Assembly (NCBI RefSeq): GCF_036321535.1
Contig: NC_087436.1
Location: 94,242,001 to 94,306,000, forward strand
DNA from: Camelus dromedarius
Taxonomy: Eukaryota
Length of the DNA stretch: 64,000 nt
Reading direction: 5' to 3'
The position numbers were made by a program, and so were the translations under genes. Below are positions 52,801 to 64,000 of this stretch, piece after piece. Numbering within the stretch: the first letter of the stretch is position 1; each line of letters starts with the position of its first letter. The notes below the pieces were generated by a model that saw nothing but the letters and a program-made list of their open reading frames with translations, did no database searches and had not been told where the DNA came from.

Positions 52801-53275
52801 TATTTTTTGAAATCAAAAAGTACTCAAGTGTTTTTGTTAGATCTCCTTTCTTCAGTTACTACTACTTTTTTTCATACAAGCCTTTGAAGGGCATGAACCA
52901 GGCCTCAAAGCACTTAAAACACCTCTCATAGAAGTCTTTAAGACTTCACTAAATGTCAAACGACAATTAATACAAAGGTAACATTTTGTCTGAGAAAGAA
53001 TCAGAGCATTTCAAACTTTAAAACTGCAGCTGATAATTTTCTTAGATACTGTGTAATCAATAAAAATTCTCTTTAGTTATTTGTAACAGACAAATTTGGC
53101 ATTTGATTCAGTAAAAAATTAAACTTCTCTTGAGTTTTGAAAAACATTATGTTTTTCTGTTTTATAATTGGACATTATTTCTAATAAAACACAGGTTTAC
53201 TGTAAAATTGACTACTGCAAATAAAACTAATTTTAACCTACAAACCTTCACACTTTTAAATCAAGGACGTTTATT
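49860..53275 (-). other. N4BP2: N4BP2 3'UTR (~3.4 kb, distal end approximate)
   Basis: AT-rich sequence after the stop codon with no repeat that I can recognise. Ends near an AATAAA at 49881-49876; recognisable repeats resume beyond it. Confidence 0.7.
49876..49881 (-). terminator. Probable distal polyadenylation signal of N4BP2
   Basis: TTTATT on + is AATAAA on -. It is followed on - by GT/T-containing sequence (gtgtgagg...tttgatgtggt). Confidence 0.6.
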
Positions 53276-53321
53276 TTACTTTAGCATGACTTTCAAGCAC
53301 CCTGGTTTAATTTCAGAGAAC
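53276..53321 (-). CDS. N4BP2: N4BP2 terminal coding segment: (R)FSEIKPGCLKVMLK-stop
   Basis: Acceptor tttctgcag|G completes the phase-2 Arg codon; TAA at 53278-53276. The peptide fits the last Smr beta strand. Confidence 0.95.
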
Positions 53322-54568
53322 CTGCAGAAATGAGAAAAGAGGTATTTTAAAGACAAAAATTTCAAACTGATAAATATATCCTGTAATCAATTCCAAGAAT
53401 CTACACTAAAAAACATTTATTATCAAAGTACTCTCTGTTAAGTCACACCCAGGGCCATTATCTATACTTATGTTCCTTCTAATCTATTATCAAATTAAAT
53501 ACAAGTCTAAGGCTGAGGGTTACTCCTAACTTAGTGCTTATTACAACTTAAGATTTTTTAAATTCTCAAGCCTGAATGAAGAAGAGCATGCTGTAAGAAG
53601 GGTAAGTCAATGTCTGCATTACATTACTTCCATGCACTGTGTCAGTACCAAGAAGAAACTTCTGATAGGTAAGTCTGATTTTTTAGGCCATGAAGTGCTC
53701 TCAACTCTCTCAGTGTGAAATTTAAAGAAACACTAGTCTCTAAAATAGATCATTAATCCCAATATGATAATGTTCTGGTCTAACTACTACTTTTGTAAAA
53801 ATAACTCTGAAATGTCATCTGTTTTCATGCTCAGAATACATATACCATTTTCTATAATGTAGCCAGTATTTAATTACAGGGCATAAACAAAATATGCTAC
53901 ATTAACTGAAACCAAAAATAAGAGATATAATGATATATATCTTCAGGGAATCTATCCATCAACAAATTTTTATTCTTGGACTTTTCTTGTCATTTGCTGT
54001 TACTAAATAATAATCTCTTAATAAAAAAGGACATTTCATGTTTGTCAGCTAAGACCATTAATGGTATTTAATTTATAAAGGTGTACAAATTCATAATTGA
54101 TGGGAGATTACCACTAAAGCTTAATTATATTCAAATTATAACCGTATTTTAGCAGAAGCCTCAATTTTTTCCAAAATCCACAAACATGTTTCCCTTCAAA
54201 GGAATTAAACAGTAACCTTAAACGATAATATGTATAATCTAATTATATCTTGAATAATACATTATCAAAAAATACAAATATACTTATTTTCTTTTACATT
54301 TTTTTCCTTTTTTAGATTTTAAACTTATGATAGAGATAGTTTTGTCACATGATTACTTCAACAAGAAACACATCTGTCTTTCATTTTGGGTTTCCTGGAC
54401 ATCATAGATCCAGCAGGGAATGTTATATCATAATTTAAGCATGAATTTGTGGCTAAAATCAGATAGTTAAATTTAGTTAACTATTTTAACAAACCGCTCC
54501 TAGCATATTATTGGTGTTTACTATCTGTATATGGGCAATTGCAATGATCCACAGAAATCTATACTCAC

Positions 54569-54692
54569 CTGAAGCTATGGCTTGTGAGGTATTTGATGAC
54601 AGCTGGTTTGATGCGAGCAACTCCTCCCTGGCTATGGTTTCCTCTCCCCGTAATCACAGAGAGATAGGGCTTGCCACTGTTCTGCTTAAATT
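54569..54692 (-). CDS. N4BP2: N4BP2 penultimate exon (124 nt), Smr core: (E)FKQNSGKPYLSVITGRGNHSQGGVARIKPAVIKYLTSHSF(R)
   Basis: Acceptor ttttgtaatag| and donor CAG|gtgagt; phase 1-2. Contains the Smr motif VITGRGNHS. Confidence 0.95.
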
Positions 54693-55892
54693 CTATTACA
54701 AAAGGAATTGGAACAGGTAAAATTAATTTATCCTATATTCTTAAGAGAAAACAAACCTTTACTCAAACACATGAGATTATTTTCATGAGGATTTAGAGAT
54801 TTACAATTTCAAAAAGCCCCCAAATGAATGTTTTTAATGTATGTTTCATCTACGCTTTGAGGATGGAAGCCTGATAGCAATTCATCTACCTACAGACATA
54901 AGTAGAACTTCTTCTGTGGGGAGAGAATGTCTGTGTGCTACCAGAATTTCTCTCTGAAATAATGATGACAACAATAATATTAATAATATCTAACAATTAT
55001 TACACACATGGATTCAGGCATGCATTAAGTGACTTATTAACTAAGAATCTTCACAACAACCCGATTAACTAAATATTCTGAAGCCAGCCAGCTTCGGTCT
55101 GGTTAGCAGCTCTGCCAGTAAATGACTGTGTAATAGGACCATCGATAAATACTCTGTCTATCTGTGCCTATTCCCTTATCAGTAAAATGAGGCATAAAGC
55201 TATTGCTTTATAGAATAGCACCCTCAGGAATAGCCATTAGCAAATCCACTCATTATAGCATGAACTGCAGTCTTACTGTTAAAGATAATCGATTGTTAAC
55301 TTATGAAAACTATTCCAAATAGATGATTTTAAAATATCAAATGAACCTGAGCCTCTTGAAAGACCACAGCTCCTGCTTGTGGAAATCAAGTATATAAATC
55401 CTGAAGGTCAACAACAGCTACAATAACATAACAACAAAAAAAATCTGTTAATAATAAGAGTTGATTTAATGAATTCAATAGATTCTTGTTCCTCGGTTAT
55501 AAATAGTACAAGTTTTGACCTTAAGCATAAAATACATATACACACAAACATTCCATATTCTGCTCATTAAGTTGCCCTAAGACCTCCAGCAGATCCACAG
55601 ATTGTTTTTCAAGTATCATATCTCCAGGGCAATATTTAGCCTGAAGTTTTAAACAAATATATTGTTCTTGGACTTCTAATTATTTCTTTGCTTAAGACTT
55701 CCACTTCTACTCTAATCCATATGCATAACTTCAAGCAATATTTTGTTCAAAATTCAACTCTGATGACTAAACAAAGGTATTCACTTTGTAAAAATCTTTT
55801 ACACTACATAATTCTTATTTGTGCATTGTTCTTTATGAATGTGATATTTCAAATAAAAGGTTACTAAAAAAACAGCCCAACAACCAACCTTG

Positions 55893-55987
55893 TGGGTGGG
55901 TAGAGCTCAGTGATAGAACACATGCTTAGCATGCATGAGGTCCTGGGTTCAATCCCCTAGTACCTCCATTAAAAAACAAAAAACAAA
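55893..55987 (+). mobile_element. tRNA-derived SINE, camelid Vic-1-like, in an N4BP2 intron
   Basis: gggtagagctcagtgatagaacacatgcttagcatgcatgaggtcctgggttcaatcccctagtacctcc followed by an A-rich tail. Confidence 0.85.
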
Positions 55988-57064
55988 CTTAGATCTCTTT
56001 AACCATAATTCAGCTCTCATCACTCCTTCTCTACTGCTCCCCTCATCAGTTAAGTCAGTTATTTATAGCATCTCACCTTTCAGTAGTTAGCTTACTGCTC
56101 TGAAAATGTTCTCTAATTGAATTGCATGCCTCAACCAAAGTTGCTGTTCAAAGGATGTTTACTGAATGAATTAATGTATATGCTTATGTTCCCAAATTTC
56201 AAGCTATTTATCTGCTGTTTATCACATTTAAAAAAAAACTGTTAACTTACTTTTAAGCATATCCCAGATTTCTTATCAACTGCAAATATTTCAGTATGTA
56301 TTTCAAAAAGGACTCTAAAAAAATATATAATAACCACTGTGTCACCACCATCTTACAAAATTAAAAGTAGTTCCTTAATATATTTCTTAAAATGGCTAAA
56401 AGTTTCCCCCAGTAGTCTCAAAAAATTGTCTTTATAGTGATTTGTTTGAATCAAGGTCAAAACAAGTCTACACATTGCATTTGACTGATACATTTAACTT
56501 AATCTAAAGGTTCTCCCCTACCCCTAAGTTTTTTTTGGGTTTTTTTTTGCTGTTGTTGTTGTTGTTTTGTTTGTTTATTTTTATAATTTGTTGAAAAAAT
56601 TAGATCATTTATCCCAGATATTCACAGTTTGGATTTTCCTGACTGTATCCCCATGGTGCCATTTAACATGTTCCTCTGTTCCCTATAAATCCATATAAAG
56701 TAGTAGTCAGATTTAAAGGCTTTATCTGCTTCTGGTTATTTGGAGGCAAAAAAGCTTCATAGGTGGTGGTAGTTTATTTTTCAATCAGAAGACACATAAA
56801 AGGTCAGATATCTTTTTTAAAAAAATTCATCCCCAATTTTGACAATCACCTTTTATGACTAAAACCAATCCAGGGCAGAGCCACAGATTCCCCCCTCTGA
56901 CATTTCTGTTCAACAATACTACCATCTGGTGGTAATTGACAGTAACTACAGGCTACCACAGGTAGCAAGCACAACATGGACTTTGGCTTCCAGAAAAGCT
57001 TTGTATCTTGAGTCTGACCAAGTATCATCCTACACAAGTTATTTAACTCTTTCATTTTCATAAT

Positions 57065-57750
57065 TTTTTTCTATTGAGATAAAATTCACATAACATAAAA
57101 TTCATGCTTTTAAAAAGTACAATTCAGTAATTTTTATTTATTTACAATTTAGTGGTATTTATCAATATTACAACGTTGTGCAACCATCAACACAATCTAA
57201 CTCCGAACATTCCACCATCTCAAGAAGAAGTTCTGTGCCTGTTAGCATTCAATCTCCATTCCCCTACTTTCCGGGCCTAGCAAACGTTAATGTCCTTTCT
57301 TTTTCTATAGATTTGCCTATTTTAGACATTTCATATAAATGGAAATCATATATGTGGCCATTTGTATCTGGCTTCTTTCCCACAACATAATGTTTACAAG
57401 GTTTATCCATGTTGTAACATGTGTCAGCATTTCATTCCTTTTTGTGGCTGATTTATATTCCATTATATGGATATACCACATTTTATTTGTCCATTCATCA
57501 GCTAGTCAGACATCTGGGTTGTTTCCACTTTTTGGTTATTTTGAACATTCATGTACAAGCTTTGCTATGGATAAATTATGTTTTCAATTCTCTTGTGTAC
57601 AAACCTAGGAGCAGAACTGCTGGGTCATGTTTAACCTTTCAAGGAATACCAACCTTTTCCACAATGGTTGCACCATTTAATATTCCCACCAGCAATATAT
57701 GAAGGTTCCCATCCTCTACACCTTACCGGCACTTATTATTTTCCATTTTA
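57065..57750 (-). mobile_element. L1M (MA/MB-type) 3' end, in an N4BP2 intron
   Basis: attgagataaaattcacataacataaaattc...catttcatataaatggaaatcata...cccaccagcaatatatgaaggttcc. Confidence 0.85.
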
Positions 57751-58459
57751 TTAAACTTTTAAAATCATCAGTCTCTTTATCTATAAAATGAGAGGAATGC
57801 CTACTTTTTATTCAGTCATTTATCCAGAAGTTTTTAAGTGTTAAATGAAAGGCTCTATATACAATAATGATTCAATAATCATTACTGACTCAATTCTTTG
57901 CCAGAAAGACAGACATTTAATCATCAATTATACAACAAGCTTTTTATAAATACTGTGATACATAGGAGTACTATGAGAAGCTATTAATATGGAGCCTAAC
58001 TTAGTGTGGAGGTCAACAAATGATAGTGAAGATAAACATACAGAAAAGAAAGAGGAGCAAAACACAAGATGAGAATGCAGAGGCAGGCAAAGAATGGTTA
58101 TGCAAGGATCTGGGAATTTATGCTAAATGAAACATGGCAACCTGTACTTTCTTATCACAATGCTTACGTAACTATTTATTCACTGTCATCTATCCTACTA
58201 GATGGCAAACACCATAAAGACAGGGATCATGTGTCCTTTTCACTATTTTATCCCTGATGTCTAGAATATAGAAGAAAATCAAATTTTTATCGAGTAAATG
58301 ATTTCCTCATTCTCTACGGACAGAATACTCTAACACTCCTGTGTAAGTTTTTCTTTTCTCCAATTTAAATAATGTATTTAAACTGCTCTTATATTTTCTC
58401 TTATATCAATACAAGCAAAGATATTTTCTATTGAAAATTTGTCATGACTACAGTCCTAC

Positions 58460-58628
58460 CTTCAGTTTTCTGCTGTAAAACTGTTGTCAAATGTTCTATA
58501 GCCTCATCCACATGCAGCCCATGGAGGTCTAAAACATTCTGTGGCAGCAGGGAGGCATTGACTTTCTCAAAGATCTCCACGGCAGCAAGGTGATTGGCTT
58601 CTTTCATCTTCTGCTCATGGAGACTACC
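58460..58628 (-). CDS. N4BP2: N4BP2 coding exon (169 nt), start of Smr domain: GSLHEQKMKEANHLAAVEIFEKVNASLLPQNVLDLHGLHVDEAIEHLTTVLQQKTE
   Basis: Acceptor taattaaag| and donor GAAG|gtagga; phase 0-1. Contains the Smr signature LDLHG. Confidence 0.95.
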
Positions 58629-59503
58629 CTTTAATTACAAACATATCACCAGTAATCACTTTTGATATCTGCTACTTAGTAGAAAGTGAAGAAAAAAATA
58701 GTGCCCCACACAAAAGAAGAACAAAAAGGGAACAAATCTAAAACTTTAAATAATGTGATGGGCTACTATGCAAGAATGCAACAAAATTTAGGTGAATTTC
58801 AGTAGACTAATAACATAGTCCATAAAATACTAAGTCATTATTTCTAACTTATTCTCTGATCCAAAAATCATACAAGAGAGAAACTTTAAACATCACCCAT
58901 TTCAAGAAGGAATCCACTGATTTATCTTTTGATAATCCTGGGTCTCACCCCTCTTAACACCTTGTAGTCACCTCTGAAGTCATCCTCAAGGTTTGCTAGT
59001 ATTGCTGACAAGGTTATACAAGTTTGATACTTTTAAAAAAGTAAGCTATACGGAACCAAAAAAATAAAAAAGGAGGTCAGGTTTCTTGTAATAGCCTGCC
59101 AAGTGAGCCCAGGTAGAAATTTTCCTTCCCTAAAAAGATGTTAATGTAACTTTCTTTTTCTGACTATAAAAGTGAAACATTACTAAAAATTCAGACATGA
59201 TAGAAAGCACAAGGCCTCTGTACTCCCACTCTGAGATGGCCAATATTAACATTCTGCTGCCTTTCCCCCAGAAAATTTCTATCTGTTTAGAAGTGGTACT
59301 GAATAAGAGAATCCAAACTAAAAGAAAATGTAGACTGTCAAATTCTCAGAACCACTTCTCACTTATTAGGATACTTTATATCACTTATATAATCTACATT
59401 CCCCAGAATAACTGAATCTAGTCACAATATGAGGTATTATCTGCTTCAAGATTATTCAGACATCATAAGTGACAAAGAAAAAATAATCAGTTTTCCTCTT
59501 TAC

Positions 59504-59692
59504 CTGCTGGGCATAAAACGTGGCCACGTTCTTCTTCCCCATCCGATAGGCTTCCTTTGCCTTGCTGTAGCATTCCATTCTCTTCTGCTGGTGCAGGAAC
59601 GCCTCCGCCCTGTAGTCATCGTACTCTGGGTACTCAAAATCCTGGAAAGATGGTTCGTTTGATGTATCTTCAGTCTCTTTCAATTTCTTTAC
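59504..59692 (-). CDS. N4BP2: N4BP2 coding exon (189 nt), DUF1771 region: VKKLKETEDTSNEPSFQDFEYPEYDDYRAEAFLHQQKRMECYSKAKEAYRMGKKNVATFYAQQ
   Basis: Acceptor ttgtacag| and donor CAG|gtaaag; phase 0-0. Overlaps ORF-track ORF 59456..59683(-). Peptide matches the recalled N4BP2 C-terminus. Confidence 0.95.
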
Positions 59693-61329
59693 CTGTACAA
59701 TGTTACACAGTAAGAAAAATATAAAAGAAAGTAGAAAAACACAAGCTTTACTTCAGAAAATGTATATGAAAACTGGGCTCTACTATTTTTTACCTTTCTT
59801 CTCAGAAAACAGACAAACTATCCCAGTGTCTACCCAGTAAGTCATGCACTTAGTGACTACCATTAATGTTTTCTTGTCATTAGGGTACCCCTTCTTTAAC
59901 CACTCTTATCTTAGAAGATGTTGAAAATTTCTCTAAAATTATAAAATATAAGTAGGTCAAGCTAAAAGAGAGAATATAAGATATTCAAAGGATAAAACTC
60001 ATTTATTTAATGCAATATTTTCCAAATTTTAGTTTGTAAACGCATTCAAAGGGTCAGGCCAGTCATTGAAGGAAGTGATGGCATATTTCAATTTATATTT
60101 TTTAAAAAAACAACTAATAAGGTAACTGAATAATGTATATATATATATTTAAAGACAGACAGGCATATGGAATGACCATGCCTGGTAGTTAGTAAAAATC
60201 GTAAGTAGGTTTATGGGGCAGTTTTCAATCAGCTGACTACCAACTAGCCACTAAGGTAGTGTTGACTTTTTGAGATTTCTGAAAAATCATCCATCAAGCA
60301 GTTGTTATCCAAAATGGACCCTTAAATTAAAAAAGCTAAACTCACTCTAATTTAAAACACGAGGTAATGAAAATAATAATTATGCAATGTAGCTTCAATG
60401 TTCTCCACAAAACAGAAAAGAGTAAATAAAGGTATCACCATATTCCTAACTCATTACCAGAGTAAAAATCTGTAAATGTATAGTCTATTTATTTTTGCAA
60501 CAAATACCCAGCTTATTATGTGAAAGAACACAAGACTCTCTCTCACACAGAATCTGCACAGAACCTGCATCCTTATGTCACTCTCACCAGCTTCTTTCAC
60601 ATACTTCCTTCATATTAATGTTTAAATATTCTACGATTATATGGTTTGCATCTCTGATAAAATCAAAGGCTTTGCAGGGAGGGGATAATAAAAATGCTTT
60701 TTATGACCTTTGAAAAGCCCATGGTGCCTAACACTATGAACATAAATATTTCATAGCCTTAAAATCTCTCTCTGCTGGTATTCATACTGAAAAATGCAAA
60801 TCACATTTGGTTCTCTGGGAAGAAATCTCTCATTTCTTGCTTTTAAGAAAAGAAAAAACAGTATATAATAAGAGATACTTTATCAAATAGCTATTCTCTT
60901 TTAAAATAAAACCAAGATTTATTTTTTATCTCTTTCATAGAGATGTGGTCTACTGTAACTAACTTCACTAACAAAGGCCAAGTGAAATACATACTTCCTA
61001 AGAATTCACCTAATTAGTGCCACTTATTCTCTTGAAAGCATGATGTAGTGTAATATCAAAACCATTTCCTATGGTAACAAACTTGTACATTTTATTAAAT
61101 GCTAAAGGGAAAAAGTAGTAGTACTAATGAAACGTTTAAACATTTTTTAAAAATGTTAGTTTCTTGAACAAAACAGATAAATCAAAATATTATGGGTATT
61201 ATGATACTCCCCTTAGTATCTCTGGTCCCTTAAGGTCCTGAGATATCAAAGACAGTATTTTAAGATTTGTGAACCAAATAGTCTAAGTCATAAAAAAAAA
61301 AATTCACACAACTACAGTTTTTTTTTTCA

Positions 61330-62180
61330 ATTTTAATGGACAATGGATATAAAGAGACATTTCTTCAAAAAAATATACAAAAGGCTAATAAGCACCTGAA
61401 AAGATGCTCATCATCATCAGTCATCAGGGAAATAAAATCAAAATCACAATGAGATAGCACGTCTGAATTAACTGTCTTTTATTTCCTGTATTCTGATGCT
61501 TTGACATCTGGGGTCTTGCTCCCCTGGAAACACAGTGCCCACCCCCCATCTTGGGGTAGCTAATTCCTAGAAACAGGAAATAACCTGCCTGTTGGCACAC
61601 CTTACATATGCAAACTATGCAACCTAGAGCCCATACACCCAACCACCTCCTTTAAGGGGCTCTCACTCTCTGGGTCACCATTCACGTACCCTAATCACTG
61701 AAGCAGGTACCCAAAAACTAGGGACAGCTCCTATGCCCCTGAGCCTGCTGAAATTATTCAAATTAGCCAATCTTACACCTGTTTATTATCCTGCCTTGTC
61801 CATTCCTTCCCACAGAAACCACAAAAGAGGCTCTTGCCCACATTTCCCCCTGTGCTCCCTCTGTCTCCCAGACCCTGGTGCTTCCTCATGTATCTTTGGG
61901 TGGCAGGCCTCATATTTCTAGGGATCTGTGAGTATAATAAAAGCCTTCCTTCTTGGCATTTCCATGTCTGCATGTCTTACCAAACCTGATTAAAACAAAC
62001 CCCAGGACCCGTAAAACAACTTCACACCCACCAGGATGTCTATAATCAAAAAGGCAGATGATAAGTGTCAGAGAGGATGTGGAGAAATTGTAATAAACCC
62101 TTACACACTGCTGATGGAAACGTAAAATAACGTAGCCACTTTGGAAAATGTTTGGCAGCCGTTACTCAAATGGTTAAACA
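61330..62180 (+). mobile_element. Old L1 ORF2 3' fragment interrupted by the MER74-like LTR
   Basis: aaatcacaatgagatagcac on the left of the LTR continues as acttcacacccaccaggatg...gaggatgtggagaaattg on the right. Confidence 0.8.
61464..62018 (+). mobile_element. Solo ERVL-class LTR, MER74-like
   Basis: TG...CA ends with a 5-bp TSD (acgtc/acttc). Diagnostic tgatgctttgacatctgggg...gctaattcctaga and an internal aataaa. Confidence 0.8.
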
Positions 62181-62511
62181 TTTCCACACCCACATATTTA
62201 TACACTAAGACCCATCATATTTCCACCCCGCTGCTATTCAATTAAGTTTCATACTCTACTTCGTCATCTACAGAGAAAAAGTTACAGAAATTTAAATGCT
62301 TGTTGTGCACAAAGATACTGAAGAAAAAAAAATAACCAGTATAAATTCATTATTTTGAGCAAACAGATATTCTAAACCAAATAGGCTATAGGTAGTTAAA
62401 TTTCCAGTCTACACAAAATGGTAAGAAATAATCATTAAATTATCTAACAAACCAATTACATTTTCATATACGATCATTTACCATTATTGTAAAAAATAAA
62501 TAGCTCTATAC

Positions 62512-62650
62512 CTTTTTCTCTTTAGACTTCTGTGCAGCATGAGAAGCGACATTCTCATTTTGGTGAACAAACTCTTGCGCTACAACTGTTCTTACAGGGT
62601 CTCCATCAAGAACACAATTTAGAAATTGCACTGTGTGTTCTAATGAATAG
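62512..62650 (-). CDS. N4BP2: N4BP2 internal coding exon (139 nt): YSLEHTVQFLNCVLDGDPVRTVVAQEFVHQNENVASHAAQKSKEKK
   Basis: Minus-strand acceptor ctttctacag| and donor AAG|gtatag. Open frame; ends in phase 0 and joins the next exon in frame. Peptide recognised as the N4BP2 region upstream of DUF1771. Confidence 0.9.
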
Positions 62651-64000
62651 CTGTAGAAAGTTTAAGTACAAATATAAGATCAATAAATGAAAATAAAAGT
62701 TATGTGGAAACATTAACATAAGCAATCCTTCAAACATTTTAGAAGAATATGAAGAACTAGCTCATTTCTAAGTTTTAAACATCAAACATTTAAACATTAA
62801 ATGCTCATTATATATCTCAAAGATTCAAGAATGACAAGAGGGAAAGTGTCAAGTTACAGGCTCTCAAAAACTAATTTTTAAATGCATATCACAAAGTAAC
62901 ACGTTGATAATTAACCCATCTTCTTATCTTTTATTCTAGGTAGATTTTCCACAAATCTTTCTTTCATCTTATCAGCTATACTTAAGTCCCTTATTGGATT
63001 CACACATGGTTTCAGTTTCTATTGTGCTAAATTTCACATTTTACTTATACCATGTGGGCTCTAGTCAAAGAAATTCTAAGCAGAGATACAGAAGGGAAAA
63101 AATAAAACACTACCTTACCTCCCACCCCTACATTATTCAGGCATATTTTCATGGTGATACTACATTACATGGAATATGAAATCTTACAAAAATTTACACT
63201 TATGTCCCCATATCCAAAGAAATTCATTCCAAAGCAAATTGTAAGTGATTTTACACTGCTCAGTATTTCAGACTATTTATGCCTATGATTTCTTCCAATG
63301 GCCAGATAATGAAGAGCTGACCACAAAGGAATATTTTTAAAATGTGATACATAGTTACCTAAAATAGTGTGATATTTTGCTATTCTTCAATTTATTGAAG
63401 ACAATCCTTGAAGGGGAACCATCTAGGACCACCAGTTCCACTTTAGCATTCTCATCTTGCTGCCCCACATATGGGGGTTTCTAGGGGATAGAAGCTACCA
63501 GAAATTATCCACATCCTAACTAGTCTTTAAAATAACCTGGCTTGCCCACTCACAGGGCTGGAAGCCAGTCTCCACCACAGATGTTGTTAGAAGTACATGG
63601 CCCAGGAAGATTACATCACAGGCTTATACTGCAGTAACTGAACAAACCTACCCTTCTTACCAGGATGAAGCTGGAACTACTGCCAACTGAGAAGATTATC
63701 TAGCTATTGGCAGACAAATGGAGGTAATCATTTAATACCATAATACCTACCCTGAGGGGCCTGACTGACCTATCACTCTGGGTATCTGAGGGAAGGACTC
63801 ACTCAGTCTCTTTAACTAGCCCGGGGAACCACAACTCTGGGTTTTTTCCACATCAGGCCTTCTTGTCCTGGTTCCCCCACAGAAAAGAGTGGCCACATGC
63901 CAGCACCACACTTCTAACCCCCAGTGCCTAGGGGTATTTTAACATATAACTCTAAGAAAACAGTAGTTTAGGTAGCAAAAATAAAAAGGGAAATTTTGGA

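Overview
Mammalian genomic DNA, most likely a camelid, judged from two Vic-1-like tRNA-derived SINEs and a cetartiodactyl-type L1 3' end. No prokaryotic-type system, CRISPR array or true RNA gene is supported. The right end carries the last five coding exons of N4BP2 on the minus strand (DUF1771 plus Smr nuclease domain). All have GT-AG boundaries and consistent phases, and are followed by a ~3.4 kb 3'UTR ending near 49,860. About 33 kb further along the minus strand lie the promoter and non-coding first exon of RHOH (~17,180 to 16,845). Positions 1-16,844 are therefore RHOH intron, and the RHOH CDS is outside the window. The rest is rich in L1, MIR, MER5/MER63, MLT1, MER21 and MER74 remnants, with several nested insertions. 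The best leads are regulatory or RNA-processing features: an AATAAA fused to the N4BP2 stop codon, a donor site re-created at an N4BP2 exon junction, an overlapping EICE/AICE element and a Z-DNA tract at the RHOH promoter, and a start-stop uORF. Gene and repeat names come from recall of the families, not from database searches.
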